Notes under the pieces: model-generated
What the model was told of the DNA's origin: nothing
Databases searched by the model: none
Seen by the model: only the letters and a program-made list of their open reading frames with translations
Position numbers and translations under genes: made by a program
Shown: positions 8,288 through 16,144 of the stretch, piece after piece
How the letters are laid out: each line of letters starts with the position of its first letter
How positions within the stretch are numbered: position 1 is the first letter of the stretch
NCBI GenBank assembly: GCA_964646855.1
Contig: CAZYHQ010000002.1
Coordinates: forward strand, 9,127 to 73,126
DNA length: 64,000 nt
Source of the DNA: an uncultured archaeon
GTDB taxonomy: Archaea > Aenigmatarchaeota > Aenigmatarchaeia > CG10238-14 > SCSR01
Direction of reading: 5' to 3'

Positions 8288-10000
8288 TTACTTCAAACTT
8301 TTCAACATTTTTTCTGCCGACAGCGTATTAATGACATCTTTTGCTTCAGCCCATCCTCTGCGAGCTTGCGCAATTCCGAATTCCAAGTAACGAAAATGCA
8401 GTTTGCTGTGCGCGTCGGAGTCGATGGAAAGTTTGCAACCAATTTCCACAGCTTTTTTAACGTGCTCATCCTTCAAATCTAATCTGTCTGGATAAGAATC
8501 AATCTCCAAAACAGTTCCTGTATCTTTAGCCGTTTGCAAAATTTTTTCGATGTCAACATCAATAGGTTCTCTTTGTTGTATCTGCCTGCCGGTGACATGA
8601 AACAAGATATCCACGTTTTCATTTTCCATAACAGCAATTAGCCTTTTTGTCTGCTCTGATCGAGGCAGTTTGAAATAGCCGTGTACTGCTGCACCAACAA
8701 CGTCAAGCTGTGCAAGTGTTTTGTTATCAATGTCCAGTTTACCGTCTTTCAAGATATTCACTTCAGCACCCGACAAAATTTTTATTCCCGACAACTGCTT
8801 GCCAATTTTTTCAATTTCGGTTTTTTGTTTCAACAATTTTTTCTCATCCAAACCCCCGGTCATTGCAAGCGATTTCGTGTGATCGGTAATAACAACGTAC
8901 TCAAGTCCGAATTTCTTAGCTTCTTCGGCCATTTCCTTTATGTTGTTGTTCCCATCAGTCCAATTTGTTTGCACCTGCAAATCCCCTTTCAAATCTTTGT
9001 ATCCAATTAAGTTCGGCAACATGTTTTTCTTGGCGGCATCGATTTCCCCTGCGTTTTCTCTAAGTTCCGGCGGCATCCATCTCAAACCAAGTTTCTCATA
9101 AACTTCTTCTTCTGTTTCTCCAGCAATTTGCTTGGTTCCCTTGAAAATGCCGTACTCGTTCAGCTTCCAACCTTTTTCGATCGCAATTCTTCTCAGAGCA
9201 ACATTGTGATCTTTGTTGCCAGTGAAGTATTGCATCGCCGACCCAAAACTTTTTTTATCTACTACCAGCAAATCGGCATCCAAACCAATTTTCAGCCTTA
9301 CAAGAGTTTTTCTTTCACCCTTTCCATAGACATGCGCGACTTCTGGCATCGAAACAAAAAAATCCATAACTTTCTGCGGATGTTTTGCCACCACCAAAAA
9401 GTCTACATCTCCGATAGTCTCCTTCATTCTTCTGGTGCTGCCCCCAATAACAACTTTTTCAGTTTCAGGGAATTCTTTCAGCTTGTTTTCCATTTCTCTC
9501 AGTACAGGCAAAACAAAACCAAGGACAAATCTTCCTTTGCTGCGTTTGAAAAATTCTATGCCCTTCAAAATTTTTTCTTCGCTTTTTTCGCCGAAATGTT
9601 CAAGCTTTCTGATTTTCCCGGCCTTTACGGCTTTCTCCAAATCGTCAACGGTTTTTATTTTTAGTTTTTTGTAAAGCGTCAACACAATTTTCGGCCCGAC
9701 GCCCTCTATCGCAGTTAGACTTTCTAAGTCAACAGGGATTTTTTTCTTCAGTTGTTCGTAGTAAGAAATCTTTCCAGTTTTCAGAGCTTCTTCGATTTTT
9801 TCCGCAATGCTCTGCCCAACCCCAGGAATTTCTAACAGCGCTTTAAATCCGCCACGGATGTAAATCTCTCTGACTTCCTGATCGAGTGCCTCAATCGAAT
9901 GCGCAGCACGCTCGTATGCCCTCGGTTTGAATTTTTCGCCTTTCATTTCTTCGAATATTCCGATGTTGCGCAGAATTTTTGCAATTTCAAAATTTTTCAT
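8288..10000 (-). CDS. polX: DNA polymerase X family with C-terminal PHP domain
   Basis: 570 aa. N-terminal HhH region (KPRAYERAAHSIE, GVGQSIAEKI, GVGPKI), nucleotidyltransferase GDVDFLV, and a PHP histidinol-phosphatase-like C-terminal half. Confidence 0.9.
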   Translation of the reverse strand: MKNFEIAKILRNIGIFEEMKGEKFKPRAYERAAHSIEALDQEVREIYIRGGFKALLEIPGVGQSIAEKIEEALKTGKISYYEQLKKKIPVDLESLTAIEGVGPKIVLTLYKKLKIKTVDDLEKAVKAGKIRKLEHFGEKSEEKILKGIEFFKRSKGRFVLGFVLPVLREMENKLKEFPETEKVVIGGSTRRMKETIGDVDFLVVAKHPQKVMDFFVSMPEVAHVYGKGERKTLVRLKIGLDADLLVVDKKSFGSAMQYFTGNKDHNVALRRIAIEKGWKLNEYGIFKGTKQIAGETEEEVYEKLGLRWMPPELRENAGEIDAAKKNMLPNLIGYKDLKGDLQVQTNWTDGNNNIKEMAEEAKKFGLEYVVITDHTKSLAMTGGLDEKKLLKQKTEIEKIGKQLSGIKILSGAEVNILKDGKLDIDNKTLAQLDVVGAAVHGYFKLPRSEQTKRLIAVMENENVDILFHVTGRQIQQREPIDVDIEKILQTAKDTGTVLEIDSYPDRLDLKDEHVKKAVEIGCKLSIDSDAHSKLHFRYLEFGIAQARRGWAEAKDVINTLSAEKMLKSLK

Positions 10001-10031
10001 ATTAATTACTTGGATTTAAAATGTAATTAGC

Positions 10032-10619
10032 CTAAATTTTTGGCCGAGTCTTGTCTTTACCGTACGTTTTTAGAAGGTACGCCACTTTGGCCCAGTCTTT
10101 TTTAGGTACGATCTTCATCAAGTCCTGTTCTATTTTATCTGGATTTTTATTTTTAGTCCACCCAAACTGTTGCGACAATTTAATTACCCAAGTGTCGACT
10201 GGAATTCCTTCTACGATTCCGTAAGCGTTAATCAAAATCGTGTTGGCAGTTTTTCTCCCTATTCCAGGCAAGGCAGTCAACTCTTCCATAGTTTTAGGTA
10301 TCTTTCCGCCATGTTTTTCCACAAGTGTTTTGCAGGCTTCTTTGATGAACTTGGCTTTGTTCGCAGCAAATGTTACTGAACTTATGTCTTTTGTTAATTC
10401 TTGCAAATCAGCTTCAGCATACTCTTTCGCAGTTTTGTATTTAGCAAAAAGTTTTGGTGTCAATGCATTGACAACCTTGTCTCTTACTTGGGCGGACAAA
10501 ATCGCAGCAACCATCAATTCTAGAGGATTAGAAAAATTTAGATAGTATTTTGCATTGGGATATTCTTTTTTCAGTTTCTGCAAAACTTCAGAGACTTTAT
10601 GCCGGCCAGAAAGTTTCAT
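10032..10619 (-). CDS. HhH-GPD superfamily DNA glycosylase (endonuclease III-like, no Fe-S cluster loop)
   Basis: 195 aa with the HhH motif LPGIGRKTANTIL and a following catalytic Asp region. No C-terminal Cx6Cx2Cx5C cluster is present. Confidence 0.75.
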   Translation of the reverse strand: MKLSGRHKVSEVLQKLKKEYPNAKYYLNFSNPLELMVAAILSAQVRDKVVNALTPKLFAKYKTAKEYAEADLQELTKDISSVTFAANKAKFIKEACKTLVEKHGGKIPKTMEELTALPGIGRKTANTILINAYGIVEGIPVDTWVIKLSQQFGWTKNKNPDKIEQDLMKIVPKKDWAKVAYLLKTYGKDKTRPKI

Positions 10620-10637
10620 AATATACTATACAATTGC

Positions 10638-10802
10638 CTAGACGAATAAAAATTTGACTATAAGTTCAAAAACAACAACACCCACAACTATGCCAACCAC
10701 ATGCTTTGGCGTCATTTTTATGAGCTGTTCCTCTTCCTCAGAGTACCTGATCAGTCCACCCATGCCTGAGGGCATGTAAACTTTCTCGCTATCTTTAGCC
10801 AT
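10638..10802 (-). CDS. secG: Preprotein translocase subunit Sec61beta (SecG)
   Basis: Absent from the ORF track (54 aa): MAKDSEKVYMPSGMGGLIRYSEEEEQLIKMTPKHVVGIVVGVVVFELIVKFLFV. It has the archaeal Sec61beta signature GLIRY followed by a C-terminal TM anchor. Confidence 0.85.
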   Translation of the reverse strand: MAKDSEKVYMPSGMGGLIRYSEEEEQLIKMTPKHVVGIVVGVVVFELIVKFLFV

Positions 10803-10837
10803 ACTCTTCACTTAGTTTTTACACTTAAATTTTCTTG

Positions 10838-10993
10838 CTATTTGCCTTTTTTCAGCAAAAACAGGGTCGAAAGAGCAATCAATACAAGAACTCCGCCACC
10901 GCTAACTGTTGCCAAATCATGAGCCAGAACAGTTGGAGCAAGCGTCGAACTTCCAATCAGCAAACCAGCAAGAAAGCTTTTGAGTTTTTGCAT
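10838..10993 (-). CDS. Small hypothetical exported/anchored protein
   Basis: Absent from the ORF track (51 aa): MQKLKSFLAGLLIGSSTLAPTVLAHDLATVSGGGVLVLIALSTLFLLKKGK. Signal-like N-terminus, Gly-rich linker, and a C-terminal TM helix followed by KKGK. Confidence 0.3.
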   Translation of the reverse strand: MQKLKSFLAGLLIGSSTLAPTVLAHDLATVSGGGVLVLIALSTLFLLKKGK

Positions 10994-11038
10994 AATTATC
11001 TATTGGTTAGACAATTTAAAAAGCTTGAATAAAAAGTA

Positions 11039-11329
11039 GGCGTGCTGGTCATAGCCTCTCTTCTGTTTTTGCGTTCGCAGCCTTTTACAGCAGAAAACAC
11101 ATAGGTAGCATTTGTCTGAGCGCTCAACGCTTGCATCCAATTCACACTGTACCGTTTCATCCTGCTTTATCCCAACTCGCTTGCGCACATCGTTAACGGA
11201 ACAAAGCGGTGCCGTTTCTGATTACAGTGTAACCCTCTCGGGCTGCCTGTTATTCGGCGAATTAGCGGATGGAGAGAACTTCCTCACCCTGCGTTTGAAG
11301 GCAGAGCGAAGCTACCCAACCAGCTCGCC
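11039..11329 (-). ncRNA. rnpB: RNase P RNA
   Basis: GC-richer segment of about 291 nt.
- P1: 5' GGCGAGCUGGU pairs with 3' ACCAGCACGCC (one mismatch).
- P2: GGUAGC pairs with GCUACC.
- P3: hairpin CUCUGC..GCAGGG.
- CR-I-like GAGGAAGUUC; CR-II/III-like AGGAUGAAACGGUACAGUG; CR-V-like ACAGAAGAGAGGCUAU. Confidence 0.8.
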
Positions 11330-11364
11330 TGAAAATTAGTAGTATTCCTGCTTTATAAAATTAT

Positions 11365-11952
11365 CTACACGTGAATCCCAGTTGCATGTTCCTCTCCACC
11401 ACAGCCGTCAGATAAATTCCAAACATCTGCTATCTGTGCAGAATTAAATCCATAATTTTTGATCAAATATTTAGCAAGACCCTCATACACATACCATCTC
11501 CAGCACATACAGCAGCAAGGCCCACCTTCATCCGACATTTTCATAGCTTCATCGTAAATTTTCTGCTCCTCAGATGTTAAAATTATACTGGTGTCATAAT
11601 TTAGTAATTCTTTTGCAAGACCCACAGTAATGTTGTAGGGATCTGTAGGAATTTTATCTATGTGCGAATATTTTTTCAATCCCTCAATTTGCTCATCGTA
11701 TCTGTGCAAGCTCATTTCGTCGCAACAAGATCCTTTCAAGGTTTCAGAATCAGATTTTCGTAAAACAGCATCCGGTCCGAAACAAAAAACATTTCCATTT
11801 GTGCTCAACTCTTCAAACCTTGCAACTATATTTTTATCTACGCCAGATATGGAAGCACTCTGACTAGTCTTATACGGTGCACCAACGAAAACAGAAATCA
11901 GTACAATTAATGAAACACTTACTGCTAAAATGTAAAAATAACTGTTTTTCAT
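11365..11952 (-). CDS. Membrane-anchored Cys-rich protein (PCC/CxC motif, possibly PCYCGC-family-like), paralog of 13148..13639
   Basis: N-terminal TM anchor, then motifs GSCCDE, GGPCCCMCWRW, YEGLAKYLIKNYG and SDGCGG. ATG 11952 (MKNSYFYIL) was chosen because it avoids overlap with the upstream gene. Confidence 0.65.
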   Translation of the reverse strand: MKNSYFYILAVSVSLIVLISVFVGAPYKTSQSASISGVDKNIVARFEELSTNGNVFCFGPDAVLRKSDSETLKGSCCDEMSLHRYDEQIEGLKKYSHIDKIPTDPYNITVGLAKELLNYDTSIILTSEEQKIYDEAMKMSDEGGPCCCMCWRWYVYEGLAKYLIKNYGFNSAQIADVWNLSDGCGGEEHATGIHV

Positions 11953-11959
11953 TTTTATT

Positions 11960-12715
11960 TCAAATCCCTTTATTTTCGGAATAAAAAATGTCAATTTTTC
12001 TTTTGACCGATTTCAAGTAAAAACTTGTTCCTTGTTCCTTCACGGTAAAACCATCTGCAAATTTTTCTTCTTTACTCGAATCATGATAGAATTTTACAAA
12101 AACTGAAAGCGGCGAGAAAAATCTTAGGATAGAAAAAGACAATTTTAGCAACGAACTTTTTCTTGCAATGTGTGCAATCTCGTGCAGCAAAACAGCTTCG
12201 AGCTCCTTTCTGTCAAGTACATCAAGCAAACCTACCGTGAAAAAGATTGCAGATTTAAAATTTCTGAAAGAGAACGCAGCAGGGATCGCTTTGTTCAGAG
12301 CATAGATTTTTGGGATCGGAAAATTTAATTTACTTGCATAACGCGTTACAATCTTCGTCATCCAGCTTATTTTTATTTCTCTGCTTTTGTTTGAAAAAAT
12401 ATAGTATGAAGGAATTACAATTGCGCCCACCAAAGTGCTCGCCAGAAAAGTAGTTGGCAAGGCCAGCAAAGTTAGACTTGTCAGATTGTTCTGACAAGGT
12501 GCGCACGCCACACTGCAGCCAACATTTGTTGTGAACAAGACAAACGGGAAAAACAGAAATGTAAGATGGCTGTAAATCAAAGCCAATTTGGTTTTCGTTC
12601 CGAAATTAGTACCTTTCAAAAAAATTAAAGTCACTATTGCGAGAAAGAAAGAGAAGACGGATAGCAGAACTTTGTCGTCAACCACTAATGGTATGCCAGC
12701 GAAGCAGCCAATCAT
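11960..12715 (-). CDS. BlaR1/MecR1-like M56 (M48-clan) zinc metallopeptidase without sensor domain
   Basis: 251 aa with N-terminal TM helices and the HExxH motif LLHEIAHIARK. A GCSVACAPC motif sits between TM helices. The ORF ends about 70 aa after HExxH. It overlaps the BlaI-like gene by 4 nt. Confidence 0.75.
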   Translation of the reverse strand: MIGCFAGIPLVVDDKVLLSVFSFFLAIVTLIFLKGTNFGTKTKLALIYSHLTFLFFPFVLFTTNVGCSVACAPCQNNLTSLTLLALPTTFLASTLVGAIVIPSYYIFSNKSREIKISWMTKIVTRYASKLNFPIPKIYALNKAIPAAFSFRNFKSAIFFTVGLLDVLDRKELEAVLLHEIAHIARKSSLLKLSFSILRFFSPLSVFVKFYHDSSKEEKFADGFTVKEQGTSFYLKSVKRKIDIFYSENKGI

Positions 12716-13089
12716 TTTTTCCTCCCTCTAAACCTTTCGTTAAAGTAAGTGACTGCTGCAGACCCGAAATCGTCGATCAACTTGTTTACAGTTTTTTCTA
12801 TTATGGACTGCTCTAAAGTAGCTTTAGAGAATTTTGGAAAATAAATGTAGTGCGCTCCCCCCCTCCCAACTTCTACCTTCCTCTCGACTATGCCTTTTTT
12901 GTGCAGCCTGTCCAAAATTACTGCGACACTCGTGAGCGCAACTTTCCTCCTCCGCTTTAAAATTTTGTGCAATTCCCTCACCCTTGATTGCTCCTTCTTC
13001 CAAAGAATTTCCAGAACATCGCACTCGAGGGGGCTTAGAAGAGACTTCACGCCGCTTTTATCGAAACTCATCTTGTTTACGCCAAGCAT
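12712..13089 (-). CDS. BlaI/MecI/CopY-family winged-helix transcriptional repressor
   Basis: 125 aa. LSPLECDVLEILWKK..RVRELHKIL......TSVAVILDRLHKKGIVERK matches the Penicillinase_R pattern. It is first in an operon with the M56 peptidase. Confidence 0.8.
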   Translation of the reverse strand: MLGVNKMSFDKSGVKSLLSPLECDVLEILWKKEQSRVRELHKILKRRRKVALTSVAVILDRLHKKGIVERKVEVGRGGAHYIYFPKFSKATLEQSIIEKTVNKLIDDFGSAAVTYFNERFRGRKK

Positions 13090-13147
13090 ATTTATTTAAA
13101 TATAGCTACCAGTATTTATAAGTATTACAAAATTTGTAAAGGATAGC

Positions 13148-13639
13148 ATGCAGCCCAAAAATGGAAATTTCATAGCGGCAATTGCAGTCGTTGTAGCAAT
13201 TTTCGTCGGGTTCCAAGTGTGGATTCTTTCCGGGGTTTACAGCGATCCTTATCAAGAGAAATTCGGTGCAGGACTTTTCGGTCTTGTAGATCATTCTGGA
13301 GTTAGCTCAAAATCTGGCATTGGCAAATACAGCAATCTTCCTCTTGGCGAAGATGGTTTCAACACAATGGTCGAATGGGACAAAACAATAACTTTAAGCG
13401 ACGAACAGAAAAAGCAATTTGCCGGGTTTAACACGAGATTGCCTTGCTGCGGTTTCGGTTTAACAACCGAGGACGAATTTAGCGACTGCAGATGCGGACA
13501 CCATCTTGCTTACGCCGGTTTGATTAAGTATGGTTTGACGAATGGTTGGGCGCGAGGGCAAATACAAGAAGAAATTGATCAATGGAAAACGGTATTTTAT
13601 CCAATCTGTTCGCAAAATCCAAAATTGTGTGATTTATGA
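13148..13639 (+). CDS. Membrane-anchored Cys-rich protein (PCC/CxC motif), paralog of 11365..11952
   Basis: 163 aa with an N-terminal TM anchor. Shares with the paralog the block WDKTITLSDEQKK...LPCCGFG...DCRCGHHLAYAGLIKYGLTNGW. Confidence 0.7.
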   Translation: MQPKNGNFIAAIAVVVAIFVGFQVWILSGVYSDPYQEKFGAGLFGLVDHSGVSSKSGIGKYSNLPLGEDGFNTMVEWDKTITLSDEQKKQFAGFNTRLPCCGFGLTTEDEFSDCRCGHHLAYAGLIKYGLTNGWARGQIQEEIDQWKTVFYPICSQNPKLCDL

Positions 13640-14151
13640 TGGGTAAATTAACATTAGGTTTGAAAATGCTGTTTAATGAAATGCGTTATGCCGCACTCAT
13701 TGTAATTTCTTCTGTAACCATTTCAATTTTGTTCATGTATTCGATGGGCGCGTTGTACCTAGATCCTTTATTTTTCAATTACTTTGAATTCTTTGAAGAC
13801 GGGTTGCTGAACATATCGTTGAATTTTGTTTATGTAACAATTGCGCCGATATTTGCGGGCATAACAGTTGCAAGCATTGTGTACAAGTTAGTAAACTTCA
13901 AAAAAAGTGTTTTCAAAGAAGGAAGCGCAGGATCTTTAGGTTTTGCATCTGCAGCTTTTGTAACAACATGCTCGAATTGCGTGCCTGTTGCATTATATTC
14001 TTTGGGGATAACGTATGGTTTATTTCAAGCAGCATTCGCTCCATTTGTTTTGCCGTTCAAACTTCTGACAATTGCAATAATATCTTTATCTTTTTATTTT
14101 GCCACAACTAGTTTAGGACAATTTTGTAAACTGAAAAAAACTCGGAGGTGA
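13636..14151 (+). CDS. Polytopic membrane protein with TM-embedded CSNC motif
   Basis: 171 aa with about 5 hydrophobic helices and GSAGSLGFASAAFVTTCSNCVPVAL. ATGA overlap with the upstream ORF. Confidence 0.6.
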   Translation: MMGKLTLGLKMLFNEMRYAALIVISSVTISILFMYSMGALYLDPLFFNYFEFFEDGLLNISLNFVYVTIAPIFAGITVASIVYKLVNFKKSVFKEGSAGSLGFASAAFVTTCSNCVPVALYSLGITYGLFQAAFAPFVLPFKLLTIAIISLSFYFATTSLGQFCKLKKTRR

Positions 14152-14155
14152 ATGA

Positions 14156-14332
14156 ATGAAATTTGATTTGACAATGGTAATGATAATTGCCGTGTTGGCC
14201 CTAGTTTCTGTCCAGACCATCCAACTTGTCGGGGTTATGTCAACAGTAAGCTCGCTGACTACAGGCAATTTGGCAACAGCAGCTACCGCTGCCAGCAGCT
14301 CACAGGCAATTTCAGGAATTGGTGGGTGCTAA
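14156..14332 (+). CDS. Small membrane peptide ending in Cys
   Basis: Absent from the ORF track (58 aa): MKFDLTMVMIIAVLALVSVQTIQLVGVMSTVSSLTTGNLATAATAASSSQAISGIGGC. A strong SD, GGAGGTGA, ends 5 nt before the ATG. Confidence 0.5.
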   Translation: MKFDLTMVMIIAVLALVSVQTIQLVGVMSTVSSLTTGNLATAATAASSSQAISGIGGC

Positions 14333-14370
14333 ATTTTTTTAGATGAAGCCAACTAAGGAGTCGAAAGATT

Positions 14371-15504
14371 TTGAAATCTATCAAGAAACACAAAGAGAAA
14401 GTTTTAGCAATAGAATTGAAGGATTTTGATTTGAAGAGAATCATTCTCTTGATACTTACAGTCATATTGATTGTAGAAGTTCTTGTTACGTTCAATATCA
14501 ACACAACAATATTCAACAAACTCCGCCCCTCGAATCTGGAACTCATTCGTGTCGTTGACTCTTCTTGCTCGGATTGTCTTAACATAGACACAATTTCTTC
14601 AAAAATCCAGGACCAAAATGTAAAAATCTTGTCGGACAAGACTTTGGAAAGAAACTCTGCAGAAGCACAACAGATTATAAACAAATACGGATTAAAGAGG
14701 GTTCCAGTACTTTTGGTTTCCGGCGAAATAAGCAGAGACGAAAATCTAAAAAGCTCTTTCATCCAACTCGGCGGCATGATGACTCAGGATGTCATCCTTA
14801 TCGAAACCGAACCACCTTACGTGGACTTGTCTATGGAAGAAGTCAGGGGAAGAATTGCAATTACGAATATTATTGACAGTTCCTGCGACCTTTGCAGCAG
14901 CTTTGACGGCTTTGTCAGTACACTCGAAAATAATGGAGTTAGGATAACAGAAAGGAAGACACTCGAATATACTGCCACCGAAGCCAAAGATTTGATAAGC
15001 AAATTTTCAGTCCAAAAAATTCCAGCGATTGTCCTGTCGGCGGACATAGTCGAATACAAATTTGTCCAGAGTTTCTGGTCTCAGCTGAACGCCACAGAAA
15101 AATCTGGATTTTTCGCGCTGCACACAACCACACCACCTTACAGGAACACTTCAACAAACAAAATAGACGGGTTGGTTACCCTGTATACAATTACTGATGA
15201 CAGCTGCGCAAATTGTTACAACGCTTCCGTCCACAAACAAATTTTGCTCAGCTTCGGCATCAAACCGCAAAAGGAGTCAGTGATAGATATTTCTTCGCCG
15301 AGCGGCAAGGAAATCACAATCAAGTACAACATAACAAAAGTGCCTACGATTATGCTTTCGCCTGATGCGTCTCTGTATTCGTCTCTTGTGCAAATATGGC
15401 CTACAGTCGGTACAGTGGACAAGGACGGCTGGTTCGTTTTCAGAAATGTAGAAATAATGGGAACATACAAAGATTTGTCTAGTGGTAAAATTGTTGCCGG
15501 CTAA
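14371..15504 (+). CDS. Membrane-anchored protein with three tandem thioredoxin-fold CxxC modules
   Basis: 377 aa with a TM anchor. Three repeats of about 95 aa each carry D-S-C-x-x-C (SSCSDC, SSCDLC, DSCANC), a cis-Pro-like (V/I)P (KRVPVLLVS, QKIPAIVLS, TKVPTIMLS), and the first two end in PPY. TTG start is preceded by AAGGAG. Confidence 0.75.
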   Translation: MKSIKKHKEKVLAIELKDFDLKRIILLILTVILIVEVLVTFNINTTIFNKLRPSNLELIRVVDSSCSDCLNIDTISSKIQDQNVKILSDKTLERNSAEAQQIINKYGLKRVPVLLVSGEISRDENLKSSFIQLGGMMTQDVILIETEPPYVDLSMEEVRGRIAITNIIDSSCDLCSSFDGFVSTLENNGVRITERKTLEYTATEAKDLISKFSVQKIPAIVLSADIVEYKFVQSFWSQLNATEKSGFFALHTTTPPYRNTSTNKIDGLVTLYTITDDSCANCYNASVHKQILLSFGIKPQKESVIDISSPSGKEITIKYNITKVPTIMLSPDASLYSSLVQIWPTVGTVDKDGWFVFRNVEIMGTYKDLSSGKIVAG

Positions 15505-16099
15505 ATACAGGATTATTGCTCTGCTTGCAGCAGTAATCATAATCTCTGGTGCAGTTTATTCAAACATGTCGGCGAAAGACGCAACTCAAAAAACAAAGCA
15601 AAGTACTTTATCCACGATTACAGCCCTTGTGAGTATAAGCCAGCACAGGATACTCACACCTTCAGACTTTTCTGAACTTTCAAAAATGGTTGAAGGAGAC
15701 GCCATTGCTTCCAAGCAAGTGAAATATGCAATATGGTTTTCAGAGAACGGTATAGCAGAACACATGTCCCACAAGCTAGGAGACTTGTACAATTATATCG
15801 ATAAGGGCCAATACGAAGTTTGCATACCGCACGAAGTAGAACATATTCTGGATTACATAACGCTTGGGGATTCAGAAAAGCTAAAGGAAACTTTAGATGT
15901 TATCGATGACAATTACCAAGGGTGGTTCTCGAAATCATATTCTTTGAAACAGCAATATCCAAATACGTATGCCGCCTTGGACCAAGTCGTACTTGCAATA
16001 AATTCTGCCCTGACAAAACTAAAAAATGAAAATTACCAGATAGCTGCAGAAGTCGGTTTTATCAAAGGCTACAGCGAGCTTGGCTGTTCAGGTTTGTAA
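15482..16099 (+). CDS. Membrane-anchored hypothetical protein (His-containing helical ectodomain)
   Basis: 205 aa with an N-terminal TM anchor and motifs EHMSH and IPHEVEH. No family recognised. GTG start overlaps the upstream gene by 23 nt. Confidence 0.5.
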   Translation: MVKLLPAKYRIIALLAAVIIISGAVYSNMSAKDATQKTKQSTLSTITALVSISQHRILTPSDFSELSKMVEGDAIASKQVKYAIWFSENGIAEHMSHKLGDLYNYIDKGQYEVCIPHEVEHILDYITLGDSEKLKETLDVIDDNYQGWFSKSYSLKQQYPNTYAALDQVVLAINSALTKLKNENYQIAAEVGFIKGYSELGCSGL

Positions 16100-16144
16100 T
16101 CACAAAGAATAAATACTAACTTTTACAAATCTTGTAAAGGTAAA

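Noticed and set aside
11000-11339. Track ORFs 11000..11188 (-) and 11112..11339 (+)
   Set aside because: They lie entirely within the segment that folds as RNase P RNA (P1, P2 and P3 pairings and CR-like blocks) and have no protein-like features.
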